In this document: positions 20,561 through 29,950 of the stretch, piece by piece | Numbering within the stretch: the first letter of the stretch is position 1 | Layout: each line of letters opens with the position of its first letter | NCBI GenBank assembly: GCA_963843575.1 | Contig: CAWJKZ010000010.1 | Span: 224,001 to 288,000, forward strand | Direction of reading: 5' to 3' | Source: an uncultured Acidobacteriota bacterium | Lineage (GTDB): Bacteria; Acidobacteriota; UBA6911 | DNA: 64,000 bases | Notes under the pieces: generated by a model | The model's database searches: none | What the model saw: only the letters and a program-made list of their open reading frames with translations | Told to the model about the DNA's origin: nothing | Program-made: the position numbers and the translations under genes

Positions 20561-21439
20561 ATGAAACTGCCATGGCGGTTCCTGGCATCGGTGCTGGCGC
20601 TCGCGCCGCTGGGGGTCGCCCAGGCGCAGTTTCCCTGCGAGGCGGAGGCCGTCGCCCAGTACACCGCCTGCCGCACGGTCGGCGCGATCGAAGTCGACGG
20701 GGTGCTCGATGAGCCATCATGGCGGAGCGTCCAGCGTTCCCCGCGATTTGTCGACGTCATTACCGGGAAGGCGGCGCTGTACGACACACGGGCCGCCGTG
20801 CTATGGGACGACGCGAATCTCTACGTCGCTTACTGGCTCGAAGAACCGAACGTGGCCGCGACCCTGACAGAATACGGCTCGCTCATCTACACCAACAACG
20901 ACGCGGAGCTTTTCATCGCCGGCCGGGACGCCTACTACGAGCTCGAGCTCAACGCACTCAACACGCTCTACGAGGTGTTTTTCATCTGGGAAGACGCCTA
21001 CCCAACCGGGGGTTTTGAGGCGGTACCCGAGTTTGCCAGGACTCACCCGAAGGTGAGGCCCTTCGACGGCGTCGGCTTCAGGCACCCGCGCGGCAGGCGA
21101 ATCGGGTCCTGGGCATGGCGTTTTCCCGGCCTCAAGATGGCCGTGCACGTGGACGGCACGATCAACGACCCGTCCGACAAGGACCGCGGCTGGACCGTGG
21201 AGATAGCCCTTCCCTGGGCGGGCATGAAATGGCTGGCCCGGGCTGACGCGAGGGCGCTGCCGCCGCGCGACGGGGACACCTGGCGCATGGATTTCTCCCG
21301 TTTCAACCAGTACAAGGCGCCGCCGCCGGCGCGCGATTCGGGCGGGTGGTTCTGGAGCCCCCACGGCGTCTGGGATTCGCATGTGCCCGAGTGTTTCCCG
21401 GTGGTGCGCTTCTCAAAGAGCCGCTCCGGAGCGCGCTGA
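20561..21439 (+). CDS. Exported CBM9-like sugar-binding protein
   Basis: Signal peptide; VDGVLDEPSW, LWDDANLY, YYELELN, GWTVEIALPW, WRMDFSR. Confidence 0.85.
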   Translation: MKLPWRFLASVLALAPLGVAQAQFPCEAEAVAQYTACRTVGAIEVDGVLDEPSWRSVQRSPRFVDVITGKAALYDTRAAVLWDDANLYVAYWLEEPNVAATLTEYGSLIYTNNDAELFIAGRDAYYELELNALNTLYEVFFIWEDAYPTGGFEAVPEFARTHPKVRPFDGVGFRHPRGRRIGSWAWRFPGLKMAVHVDGTINDPSDKDRGWTVEIALPWAGMKWLARADARALPPRDGDTWRMDFSRFNQYKAPPPARDSGGWFWSPHGVWDSHVPECFPVVRFSKSRSGAR

Positions 21440-21560
21440 AGACGGGCCCTCGGACCGGGATTCTTCGATCACTTCGCGTCCTGAGGTGAACTCCTGTAAC
21501 CACCTCCAGGGCTTGATCTCGCCGACCTCCCGGAGGCGAGGGGCATTCCCGTTTTTGACC

Positions 21561-21588
21561 GAACTTATTGAAGCGAATTCTCGTCCTA
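21561..21588 (+). promoter_or_regulatory. ECF-type promoter (predicts a leaderless mRNA)
   Basis: GAACTT-N16-GTCCTA ends 6 bp before ATG 21595; no SD visible. Confidence 0.45.
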
Positions 21589-21594
21589 CCCAGC

Positions 21595-24087
21595 ATGAAG
21601 AGCCTGAAACTCGCGCTGCGCACGCTGTTCAGCACTCCCGTCGTCACCGTCGTCGCCATCCTCTCGCTGGCCCTGGGAATCGGCGCCAACGCGGCGATCT
21701 TCTCGCTGTTTGACGAAATCCTGCTGCGCGCGTTGCCGGTAAAGCAGCCGGGGAAGCTCGTGAACCTGTCGGCGCCGGGGCCCAAACCAGGTTCGACGTC
21801 GTGCAACCAGGCGGGGGACTGCGATCAGGTGTTCAGCTACCCGATGTTCCGGGATCTGGAGCGCGTCCAGACGGTGTTCAACGGGGTGGCCGCGCACCGA
21901 CTTTTCAGTGTGAACCTCGCGGCGCGCGGCCAGACGCTCAACGGCGACGGCCTGCTGGTGTCGGGGAGCTACTTCCCGGTGCTCGGGACACGGCCGGCGT
22001 TCGGCCGCCTCCTCGACGGTGGGGACGACCGGGTCGTAGGCCAGTCGCCCGTCGTGGTGTTGAGCTACGCCTACTGGGAAAGCCGCTTCGGACTCGACCC
22101 GAAGATCATCAACGAGGTCCTGATCGTCAACGGCCTCGCCGTGACCGTGGTCGGCGTGGCGCCGCGGGGATTCGACGGAACGACGCTCGGCGCCCGCCCG
22201 CAGGTTTTCGTGCCGATCACGATGAGGGAAGCCCTGCAGCCGTTCGCGAAGGATTTTGAGGATCGGCGCGGCTACTGGGCCTACCTATTCGCGCGTTTGA
22301 AGCCGGGCGTATCGCTCGAGCAGGCGCGCGCCTCGCTGGGCGGCCAGTACCACGCGATCGTCAACGAGGTCGAGGCCCCGCTCCAGAAAGGAATGAGCGA
22401 GCAGACGATGGCACGGTTCCGGGCAAAGCCGATCCTCATCGAACAGGGAGCACACGGCCAGACCTCGGTCTCGCGCGAGGCGAAAGGCCCCCTGCTGCTT
22501 TTGCTGGGAGTGACGGCCTTCGTCCTGATCATCGCGTGCGCGAACATCGCCAACCTTCTGCTGGCTCGGGCCGCGGCGCGATCGGCCGAGATGGCGGTGA
22601 GGCTGGCCATCGGGGCCAGCCGCTGGCACCTGGTCGGACAGCTGCTGACCGAGTCGTGCCTCCTGGCCGTGTTCGGCGGAGCCGCCGGCCTGCTCGTGAG
22701 CAAGTGGACCCTGGACCTGATCGCGTCCCTCCTGCCGGCGGAGGCGGCAGCTTCACTGCACTTCGAGCTCAACCCGACGGTCCTGGCATTTTCCGCCGCC
22801 CTGACCCTGGGGACCGGCCTGCTGTTCGGGTTGTTTCCCGCGTTGCACAGCACGCGCGCCGACCTTGTCTCGTCCCTCAAGGGGCAGGCGGGGCAGCCCG
22901 CCGGAGCCCGCTCGGCGGCGCGGTTCCGGACCGCGTTGGCCACCTCGCAGATCGCGCTCTCGATGGCGCTGCTGGTGGGCGCCGGCCTCTTCACCCGGAG
23001 CCTGTTCAACATCAGCAGGGTCAATCTCGGGTTGCAGCTCGACAACGTCGTCACCTTCGCGGTCTCGCCCGCGTTGAACGGATACACGTCGGAGCGCTCG
23101 CTGCAGCTCTTCGAACGTCTCGAAGACGAGCTAGCCCGGCTCCCCGGAGTGAGTTCAGTCAGCGGCTCGCTTGTGCCCCTGCTGTCGGGCAGCAACTGGG
23201 GGAACGACGTGTCGGTCGAGGGCTACAGGTCGGGCCCGGACACCGACATGAACGCGCGCTTCAACGAGATCGGCCCCGGCTACTTCCGCACCCTCGGGGT
23301 GACGCTCCTCTCCGGACGCGAGTTTTCCCGCTCCGACGCCGCCGGGACGCCCAAGGTCGCCATAGTGAACGAGGCCTTCGCCAAGAAATTCAACCTCGGC
23401 CGGGACGCGGTCGGAAAACGCATCGGCCGGCGCGACGACAAGCTGGACACCCAGATCGTGGGCCTCGTCCAGAACGCCAAGTACAGCGAGGTGAAGGATC
23501 CCGTACCCCCTCTGTTTTTCCGCCCCTACCGGCAGAGCGAGCGGGCGGGGTACCTGACGTTCTACCTGCGGACCTCGCTCGATCCCGGGAGTTTCCTCGC
23601 CGCCGTGTCTCCGGTGGTCAAGCGGCTCGACCCCAACCTACCGGTGGAGAACCTGCGGACCATGCCGGAGCAGGTGCGCGAAAACGTGTCGCTCGACCGG
23701 ATGATCAGCGTTCTGTCGGCGGCGTTTGCCTGCCTGGCCACCCTGCTCGCAGCCGTCGGCCTGTACGGGGTGCTGGCCTACACGGTGGCTCAGCGCACCC
23801 GCGAGATCGGGTTGCGGATGGCGCTCGGCGCCGCCCCTGCACAAGTGCGCGGGATGGTGCTGCGCCAGGTTGCGCTCATGACCCTGGTGGGGGGCGCAGT
23901 GGGTCTCGCCGGCGCCGTCTGGCTGGGGCGCCTGGGCGAGTCCCTGCTCTACGAGCTCAAGGGTTCCGATCCCCTCGTCCTGATCGCCTCGGCTGCGGCG
24001 CTGGCAACGGTCGCGCTCGGGGCGGGTCTCGTGCCGGCGCACCGTGCGTCCCGAATCGACCCCATGCGCGCACTCCGCTACGAGTAG
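21595..24087 (+). CDS. ABC transporter permease, duplicated MacB/FtsX type (acidobacterial orphan permease)
   Basis: LALGIGANAAIFS, IACANIANLLLAR, QRTREIGLRMALGA, DPMRALRYE. Confidence 0.95.
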   Translation: MKSLKLALRTLFSTPVVTVVAILSLALGIGANAAIFSLFDEILLRALPVKQPGKLVNLSAPGPKPGSTSCNQAGDCDQVFSYPMFRDLERVQTVFNGVAAHRLFSVNLAARGQTLNGDGLLVSGSYFPVLGTRPAFGRLLDGGDDRVVGQSPVVVLSYAYWESRFGLDPKIINEVLIVNGLAVTVVGVAPRGFDGTTLGARPQVFVPITMREALQPFAKDFEDRRGYWAYLFARLKPGVSLEQARASLGGQYHAIVNEVEAPLQKGMSEQTMARFRAKPILIEQGAHGQTSVSREAKGPLLLLLGVTAFVLIIACANIANLLLARAAARSAEMAVRLAIGASRWHLVGQLLTESCLLAVFGGAAGLLVSKWTLDLIASLLPAEAAASLHFELNPTVLAFSAALTLGTGLLFGLFPALHSTRADLVSSLKGQAGQPAGARSAARFRTALATSQIALSMALLVGAGLFTRSLFNISRVNLGLQLDNVVTFAVSPALNGYTSERSLQLFERLEDELARLPGVSSVSGSLVPLLSGSNWGNDVSVEGYRSGPDTDMNARFNEIGPGYFRTLGVTLLSGREFSRSDAAGTPKVAIVNEAFAKKFNLGRDAVGKRIGRRDDKLDTQIVGLVQNAKYSEVKDPVPPLFFRPYRQSERAGYLTFYLRTSLDPGSFLAAVSPVVKRLDPNLPVENLRTMPEQVRENVSLDRMISVLSAAFACLATLLAAVGLYGVLAYTVAQRTREIGLRMALGAAPAQVRGMVLRQVALMTLVGGAVGLAGAVWLGRLGESLLYELKGSDPLVLIASAAALATVALGAGLVPAHRASRIDPMRALRYE

Positions 24088-24141
24088 TTTTCAGGCAACT
24101 CCCGCGGTTCGGGGCGATTGCGGTGTAATATATCGACCGCA

Positions 24142-25512
24142 ATGACCCAGTCGGAACCGCGTGCGTTGCATTTTGTGCTGTTTGTCACGGCCGTCACCGC
24201 CATCGGGGGATTCCTCTTCGGCTACGACACCGCCGTCATCAACGGCTCGAATTCCTACCTCCGGCTGCACATGAACCTCACCTCGGCCCAGGAAGGGGCG
24301 GCCGGGGCCAGCGCCATCCTCGGCTGCATCCCCGGGGCGATGTGCGCCGGTTTCCTCAGCGACCGGTACGGGCGCAGGAAACTGCTCTTCGTGTGCGCCC
24401 TGCTGTTCGCCGTCTCGGGGGTGCTGTCGGCGCTCCCCCGCACGTTCGGCGAATTCCTGGCCGCACGGTTCGTCAGCGGCCTCGGCATCGGGGCCTCCTC
24501 CATGATCTGTCCAGTCTTCATCGCAGAGATCGCACCGGAGAAATGGCGCGGCCGCCTGGGCACCCTCTTCCAGCTCGGCATCGTTACCGGCATCTTCCTC
24601 TCCCTGTTCATCAACAAGCTCATTCAGGGCATGGGCAACGAGGCGTGGAATATCGCCTCGGGCTGGCGCTGGATGCTGGGGATGGAAGCCGTGCCGGCCG
24701 TGGTCTTCCTGCTGCTGCTTTTCGCCGTGCCCGAGAGCCCGCGCTGGCTGGCCCAGCAGGGACGAGACCGCGCAGCGCTCCGAGTCCTCGAGAGAGTCGG
24801 AGGGCGCGAGCACGCCGGGCGGGAGTTGGCGGCCATCCACGCCGGCATGCGCGACGGGGAGGGGCGTTTTTCCGAGCTGTTTACCCGGACCTACTCCCGG
24901 CCGCTGTGGATCGCCGTGCTACTGATGGCGTTTTCCCAGTTTTCGGGCATAAACGCCGTCATCTATTATTCCACCAAGATCTTCGCCTCCGCCGGCGCCC
25001 TCCGGGACGCGGCATTCACATCGTCGGTCTGGATCGGCCTGGTGAACCTGGCGTTCACGTTCGTCGCCATCGCACTGGTGGACCGGGCGGGGCGCAAACC
25101 GCTGCTCCTGGTCGGGACCGTCGCCCAGACCGTAGCGCTCGCCCTCGTGGGCGGCCTCTTCCACGCCGGGCAGAGCGGGATCCCGCTACTCGTCTGCGTC
25201 GTCGCTTTTATCGCGGCGTTTGCCATGTCGACCGGGCCGATGTCCTGGGTCATCTGCTCGGAAATCTTCCCCAACAAGGTGCGCGGCCGGGCAATGTCGG
25301 TGGCGACGTTCGTCGTGTGGACGTCCTGCTACGTCGTCGCCCAGTCGTTCCCGGTTCTCAACGACAGCCCGACGGTCGGCCCCGCCCGGACCTTCTGGCT
25401 TTACGCGGCGGCGAGCTTTCTGGCGTGCGTCTTCGTCGTCCTCATGGTCCCGGAAACCAAGGGCCGCACCCTCGAGGAAATCGAGCGCTCCTGGCGCGCG
25501 GCCGCAAAGTGA
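24142..25512 (+). CDS. MFS sugar porter (XylE/AraE-like)
   Basis: GGFLFGYDTAVI, DRYGRR, PESPRWL, QFSGINAVIYY, PETKGRTLEEI. Confidence 0.95.
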   Translation: MTQSEPRALHFVLFVTAVTAIGGFLFGYDTAVINGSNSYLRLHMNLTSAQEGAAGASAILGCIPGAMCAGFLSDRYGRRKLLFVCALLFAVSGVLSALPRTFGEFLAARFVSGLGIGASSMICPVFIAEIAPEKWRGRLGTLFQLGIVTGIFLSLFINKLIQGMGNEAWNIASGWRWMLGMEAVPAVVFLLLLFAVPESPRWLAQQGRDRAALRVLERVGGREHAGRELAAIHAGMRDGEGRFSELFTRTYSRPLWIAVLLMAFSQFSGINAVIYYSTKIFASAGALRDAAFTSSVWIGLVNLAFTFVAIALVDRAGRKPLLLVGTVAQTVALALVGGLFHAGQSGIPLLVCVVAFIAAFAMSTGPMSWVICSEIFPNKVRGRAMSVATFVVWTSCYVVAQSFPVLNDSPTVGPARTFWLYAAASFLACVFVVLMVPETKGRTLEEIERSWRAAAK

Positions 25513-25693
25513 AGCGGCTCCCCTTTTTTGATATCCCCGGAACTGCCCGCGGTTCTACAATCATCAGGACGTTTGACTTTCACCTCGGCTCAATTCGTTG
25601 TTTGCAGTCCACTGTTCGATCCTGTCCTGATTGCGGCGGGAATCGCGCGCTCTCCGCAACGCGGTGGTTTCCGCCGGTGTTTGGGGGGGCCAA

Positions 25694-26260
25694 ATGAGAA
25701 ATCTGAGACAATGTGCGGCGCTTTGGGCAGTTTTGACGACCGGCTGGTTTCTGGGTTGCGCTTCAAGGCCGGAGGAGGCGATCAAGCAGGCGCAGAAGGC
25801 GATGGACGAGGCCAAACAGGAACAGGCCGCCGACTTTGCGCCGGGCGACTGGAAAAGCGCCCAGGCGGCTTGGGATGAAGCCCAGGCGGCGCTCGCCAAG
25901 CAGAGCCACGGCGACGCCGCAACCCACCTCGTTCAGGCCAAGAACCGTTTCGAGCGGGCCCGCAATATCGCCCGCGCCAAGCGTGATGACGTCCGCAAAG
26001 ATGCCGGCGTCCTGCAGAGTGCCGTCAACCAGCGCTTCGCCGCCGCCAAGGAACTGTTTGGCTCGGGGCGCATCAAGGGCAAGGCCCTGAACGCCCTGAA
26101 AGAGCCGTATCAGGAGACTGAGGCGGTTGTCGAGAAGGTCAACGGCGACATGCTGAACGACCGACTGCTCGAGGCCCAGACCGGGGCAAAAGCCGCGATG
26201 CAGAAGCTCGACGAATTGCAGAAGAAGATGGCAAGCCTGGACAAAAAACTGGCCTTTTGA
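25694..26260 (+). CDS. Helical lipoprotein (DUF4398-like)
   Basis: Lipobox-like FLGC followed by Ala/Lys/Gln-rich helical sequence. Confidence 0.7.
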   Translation: MRNLRQCAALWAVLTTGWFLGCASRPEEAIKQAQKAMDEAKQEQAADFAPGDWKSAQAAWDEAQAALAKQSHGDAATHLVQAKNRFERARNIARAKRDDVRKDAGVLQSAVNQRFAAAKELFGSGRIKGKALNALKEPYQETEAVVEKVNGDMLNDRLLEAQTGAKAAMQKLDELQKKMASLDKKLAF

Positions 26261-26289
26261 GATTGCAGAAGACGGAAGCATCGGCAACG

Positions 26290-26325
26290 CCCCCTGTCCT
26301 GCGGGGGTCCTTTTTGCTTATTTTT
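26290..26325 (+). terminator. Possible intrinsic terminator
   Basis: CCCCC-N8-GGGGG followed by T tracts after the lipoprotein stop codon. Confidence 0.3.
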
Positions 26326-26337
26326 CAGGAGAACGAG

Positions 26338-27099
26338 ATGACCGAGATCACGAGATATGTCCGCTGCCTGCACGCCGGCCAGGTCGGCTACGGCATCCTG
26401 CACGGGGAGACCATCACCGAGTTGAGCGGCAACTTCCTCGCGGGCGCGACGCCGACAGGCCGTAACCTGGCGCTTGGGGATGTGCGCCTGCTGGCGCCCG
26501 TCGAGCCGTCGAAGGTGATCGCCGTCGGGCTCAACTACAGGAGCCACGTGGGCGAGAGGGTCGCACCCGAGTACCCGGGCCTGTTTGCGAAAATGCCCAC
26601 CTCCATCATCGGGCCCGGGGACGAAATCCGTTTCCCCCCCGGCGCGGCCGACGTGCACTATGAGGGCGAACTCGTCGTCGTGATCGGCCGCCGGACATCG
26701 CGCGTGACCGAAGCCGAGGCCCCGGCCTGCATCTTCGGGGTGACGGCCGGCAACGACGTCAGCGAACGGCAGTGGCAGAAGAACGATCTTCAGTGGTTGC
26801 GCGCCAAAGGCTCCGACACGTTCGGACCTCTCGGCCCGGCGGTCGTGCAGGGTTTGAACTACAACGACGTTCAGGTCACGACGCGGCTCAACGGCGAGGT
26901 CCGCCAGTCGCAGCGGACCAGCGACCTGATTTTCGGCGTGCCACGCATCGTGAGTTACGTCAGCCAGTTTGTGACCCTGCTGCCGGGCGACCTCATCTTC
27001 ACCGGCACGCCGGGGACCACGAGGGCGATGAAGGCGGGGGACCGCGTGGAGGTGGAGATCGAGGGCATCGGTACCCTGCACAACACCGTCGCCGGCTGA
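26338..27099 (+). CDS. Fumarylacetoacetate hydrolase family protein
   Basis: VGLNY, HYEGEL, GNDVSER, RAKGSDTFGPLGP, PGDLIFTGTP. Confidence 0.93.
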   Translation: MTEITRYVRCLHAGQVGYGILHGETITELSGNFLAGATPTGRNLALGDVRLLAPVEPSKVIAVGLNYRSHVGERVAPEYPGLFAKMPTSIIGPGDEIRFPPGAADVHYEGELVVVIGRRTSRVTEAEAPACIFGVTAGNDVSERQWQKNDLQWLRAKGSDTFGPLGPAVVQGLNYNDVQVTTRLNGEVRQSQRTSDLIFGVPRIVSYVSQFVTLLPGDLIFTGTPGTTRAMKAGDRVEVEIEGIGTLHNTVAG

Positions 27100-27178
27100 A
27101 GGGGGCCGCGTCCTGATTGGGCTCTGCCGCAAGGGGAACCAGGCGCGCGCCATTCAGAGGCTGCCCAACGGTTGATTG

Positions 27179-27310
27179 TGGAGTGCGGCGGCTCGGCGCC
27201 ACCAAAGGCCGAGGTCGCAGGGTCGCATCTCGCAATTCGGCGTGGCGCCGAGGCGCCGAGCATTCCCGCCGTAGGACGAGTGAAAGCGGCGCCGAGGCGC
27301 CGCACTCCAG
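27179..27310 (+). repeat. REP/REPIN family A, copy 4 (full length)
   Basis: TGGAGTGCGGCGGCTCGGCGCC ... AAAGCGGCGCCGAGGCGCCGCACTCCAG between convergent genes; core shared with copy 2. Confidence 0.82.
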
Positions 27311-27326
27311 ATTGGCCCGCGCCCTC

Positions 27327-28775
27327 CTAACGGGGCTCTTGCTTCGGCATCCACATATCCTGCCAGGTCAGGCCGCACTCGCGCACCATCTGCAGGCCGT
27401 ATTCGCTCCGTCCAAGGTCCTGGCTGCCGGCGTTGTTCGTGCCGAGCGTGAACTTGACCCCAGCCTGCCGGGCCTTGCGGATGAACGTCGCACTGGGAAT
27501 CCGGTACCGCGAATTGATCTCGAGCGCCACTTTGTTGCGCGCGAGCGCGTCGACCACTTTCCGCATCCGTTCCTCGGTCCAGAGCGTGTCGTACCACGCG
27601 GCGATAACTTCCGGCAGGAACGTCGGGTTGACGTAGATGTCGATCGGTTCGTTGTCCAGGATGCCTACGATCTTCTCGACCAGCATGTCCATGAACGCCT
27701 GCGGCTCGGGGACGTCGACCTCGTCCTTCATCCAGAGGCGCGTGCGCCGGCCGCGCTGGTCCGTGAACGTCATGGCGTCGGTGAACACGTAGTCGAAGCG
27801 TGAAATCGCCGCCTTCGAAAAGAGCTTCACCCACTCGCGCCCTTCGGCCTGCATCCCCACGAACACGGGCTGACCGGCCATCGTCCGGAGAAAGGGCTCG
27901 ACGTCGGCGTCGGAGGTGATCGGGAACCCCACCCCGCAGTTGACCGCCAGACCGAAGTTGATGCCGGACCTCCGGGAACGCGCGAGAGCTTCTTCCAGGG
28001 TGAGTCCTCCCTTGACGTGCACGTGGAAGTCTATGGTGGGAAAGTTCGATTGCTGCAGCTCGACGATGCGTGTGTCAATCTCGTCGAAACGGAGGGGCGG
28101 CGCGTCGTCGGCCAAGTCATCCGGCAGGGACTTGACCCTGATGTTGCGGAACGAGACCTTGCTCCCGGCGTCGTGGCACTGCAGGGCGAACGTCCCGCTT
28201 GAGAGCCGGCGCTCCGGCTCGTTCTTGTCCGGCACCGGGTTCTCGGGCTCCACGTAATCGACAAGCAACGTGTCGCCGAGGTGGATCTGGATCCTGCGGC
28301 CGCGGACGGAGGCGCGCATCGTAAACCACTCGCCGTCGCGTGCCATGACCTTGTAGACGTTTCGAACGCCGTAGAGGCTCCCGGTGCGTTTCAGCTCGCG
28401 GTAGCCCCCCTCGCCGAGCGCGCTGTTGTTGATCTGGACTTCGAAGCCTTTGACCGGGAATCCCGACGGCTGGAACCGGGTGTGGAAATAGATCCCGGAG
28501 TTTGCCCCGGGTTCGGTACGCACGTCGGCCAGAAGCTCGAAGTTCCGGAAATCGGCCCGGCGCGCCCCGCCGTCGTAGAAAAGGTGGGCGCGGGGCCCGT
28601 CTGCGACGATGGCGCCGTCGGTGACGCGGAAGGACACAGGGTTTTCGCCGGCTCTCCACCCGTTGAGGGTCTTGCCGTCGAAGAGCGGGATCCATTCGCC
28701 GTCGGCCGCAAGCGCCGCGGCGCACGCCAGCGTCAGACACAACACCGCAACCAGGCACTCGACTCGCGGTTTCAT
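27327..28775 (-). CDS. Exported DUF1080 (3-keto-disaccharide hydrolase-like) plus PHP-like domain protein
   Basis: Signal peptide; LFDGKTLNGW, ANSGIYF, FEVQI, TGSLY, ALQCH, FRNI; C-terminal DFHVH, NPTFLP, ALEINSRY, FTLGTNN. Confidence 0.85.
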   Translation of the reverse strand: MKPRVECLVAVLCLTLACAAALAADGEWIPLFDGKTLNGWRAGENPVSFRVTDGAIVADGPRAHLFYDGGARRADFRNFELLADVRTEPGANSGIYFHTRFQPSGFPVKGFEVQINNSALGEGGYRELKRTGSLYGVRNVYKVMARDGEWFTMRASVRGRRIQIHLGDTLLVDYVEPENPVPDKNEPERRLSSGTFALQCHDAGSKVSFRNIRVKSLPDDLADDAPPLRFDEIDTRIVELQQSNFPTIDFHVHVKGGLTLEEALARSRRSGINFGLAVNCGVGFPITSDADVEPFLRTMAGQPVFVGMQAEGREWVKLFSKAAISRFDYVFTDAMTFTDQRGRRTRLWMKDEVDVPEPQAFMDMLVEKIVGILDNEPIDIYVNPTFLPEVIAAWYDTLWTEERMRKVVDALARNKVALEINSRYRIPSATFIRKARQAGVKFTLGTNNAGSQDLGRSEYGLQMVRECGLTWQDMWMPKQEPR

Positions 28776-28812
28776 CGCATCCTCCTGAAATCCGCCGTGC
28801 CCGCTGCTGGCG

Positions 28813-29847
28813 TCAGTGCCGGCGGGCGGCGCGTTTCAGTTCATCTTCGACCAGGTTGGCAATGTCGGGATACGGACGCACCCCGGTCAGCAGGCGCCCG
28901 TTGACAAAGGTAGCAGGGGTGCCGGTGACGCCGGAGCGGGCCCCGTCACGAATATCCTGCCGGATCGCGGCAGCGTGCCGTCCGGAGTCCAGGCATTGTC
29001 CGAAAGCCCCCATGTCGAGCCCGAGGCCGGCGGCTTTCGCCCTGAGGTCGTCCGGGCCCAGTTTCGGCGGGGCTGCGAACAGCAGGTTGTGCATCTCCCA
29101 GAACTTCCCCTGGTCGAAGGCGCACATGGAAGCCTCCGCCGCCCTGAACGCCAGCGGGTGGATTTCGGCGAGCGGGAAATGCCTGAAGACGATGCGCACC
29201 TTGTCGCCGTAGTCCGTCACGATCCGGTTCAGGCTGTTGTTGAATTCGCGGCAGAAATCGCACTGGAAATCGGAGAATTCGACGATCGTCACGGGCGCGT
29301 CCGCGCCGCCGCGGGCAGGCCGGCCCGTGACCGACACGGCGAGGCGCTGCGGCTCGAGCGAGATCGTCACCCCGTAGACGGGTTTGAGCCGCTCGACGAA
29401 GTCGGCGCGCAACTTGGCCTGTCGCTGCTGGCGCAGGAACTGCACGATCTGCGGCCGCACCTGTTCGCGGGAAACGTTGATGCGCGCCTTGTTCGCCTCG
29501 TAAACCGTGTTGATCTCCGCATCCGTGGGGTCCTGGACCTTGCCGTCGACCTCGCGGGCGATCAGCTCGGCCTGCGACAGGTTTTCCTTGGCGGCCTCAA
29601 GGGTGAAGATGCGGTCTTCGATCAACCGGTTCAGCGCCGCCTCGCGCACCTGGTGCCGGCTCCGCTCGAAACCGGCCTCGGCCTGCAGCCGCTGCAGTTC
29701 GAGCCGGTCGAGGTCCGCGGCGGCAGCCTTGTTCAGCTCGTCGTCGCTTATGGGCACGCCCTGAACGACGGCAACGGGCGCCTGCGCCCAGACGGCCGCG
29801 GGGAAGATGACAAAGAGCGCGAATGTGATCCAGCGGTTCGAGTTCAT
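28813..29847 (-). CDS. DsbA-family thioredoxin-fold protein with helical N-terminal domain
   Basis: Signal peptide; EFSDFQCDFC, FRHFPL, GVTGTP. Confidence 0.9.
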   Translation of the reverse strand: MNSNRWITFALFVIFPAAVWAQAPVAVVQGVPISDDELNKAAAADLDRLELQRLQAEAGFERSRHQVREAALNRLIEDRIFTLEAAKENLSQAELIAREVDGKVQDPTDAEINTVYEANKARINVSREQVRPQIVQFLRQQRQAKLRADFVERLKPVYGVTISLEPQRLAVSVTGRPARGGADAPVTIVEFSDFQCDFCREFNNSLNRIVTDYGDKVRIVFRHFPLAEIHPLAFRAAEASMCAFDQGKFWEMHNLLFAAPPKLGPDDLRAKAAGLGLDMGAFGQCLDSGRHAAAIRQDIRDGARSGVTGTPATFVNGRLLTGVRPYPDIANLVEDELKRAARRH

Positions 29848-29950
29848 CGCGATCCCCAGGAACGCGGCGGTAGAGCCCCGCGCGCATCGTCTGTTTCAGC
29901 CCCGGCCGCCCCGTGTCACATGGGCATCGGGACCGGCCCTAGCCAACGGC

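Noticed and set aside
2951-27310. CRISPR array from the recurring palindromic repeats
   Set aside because: Copies are dispersed kilobases apart, with no repeat-spacer periodicity and no cas genes.
29250-29275. Unusual CDFC active site in the DsbA-family protein
   Set aside because: CxxC dipeptide variation is common and the cis-Pro loop is normal; not enough to claim novelty.
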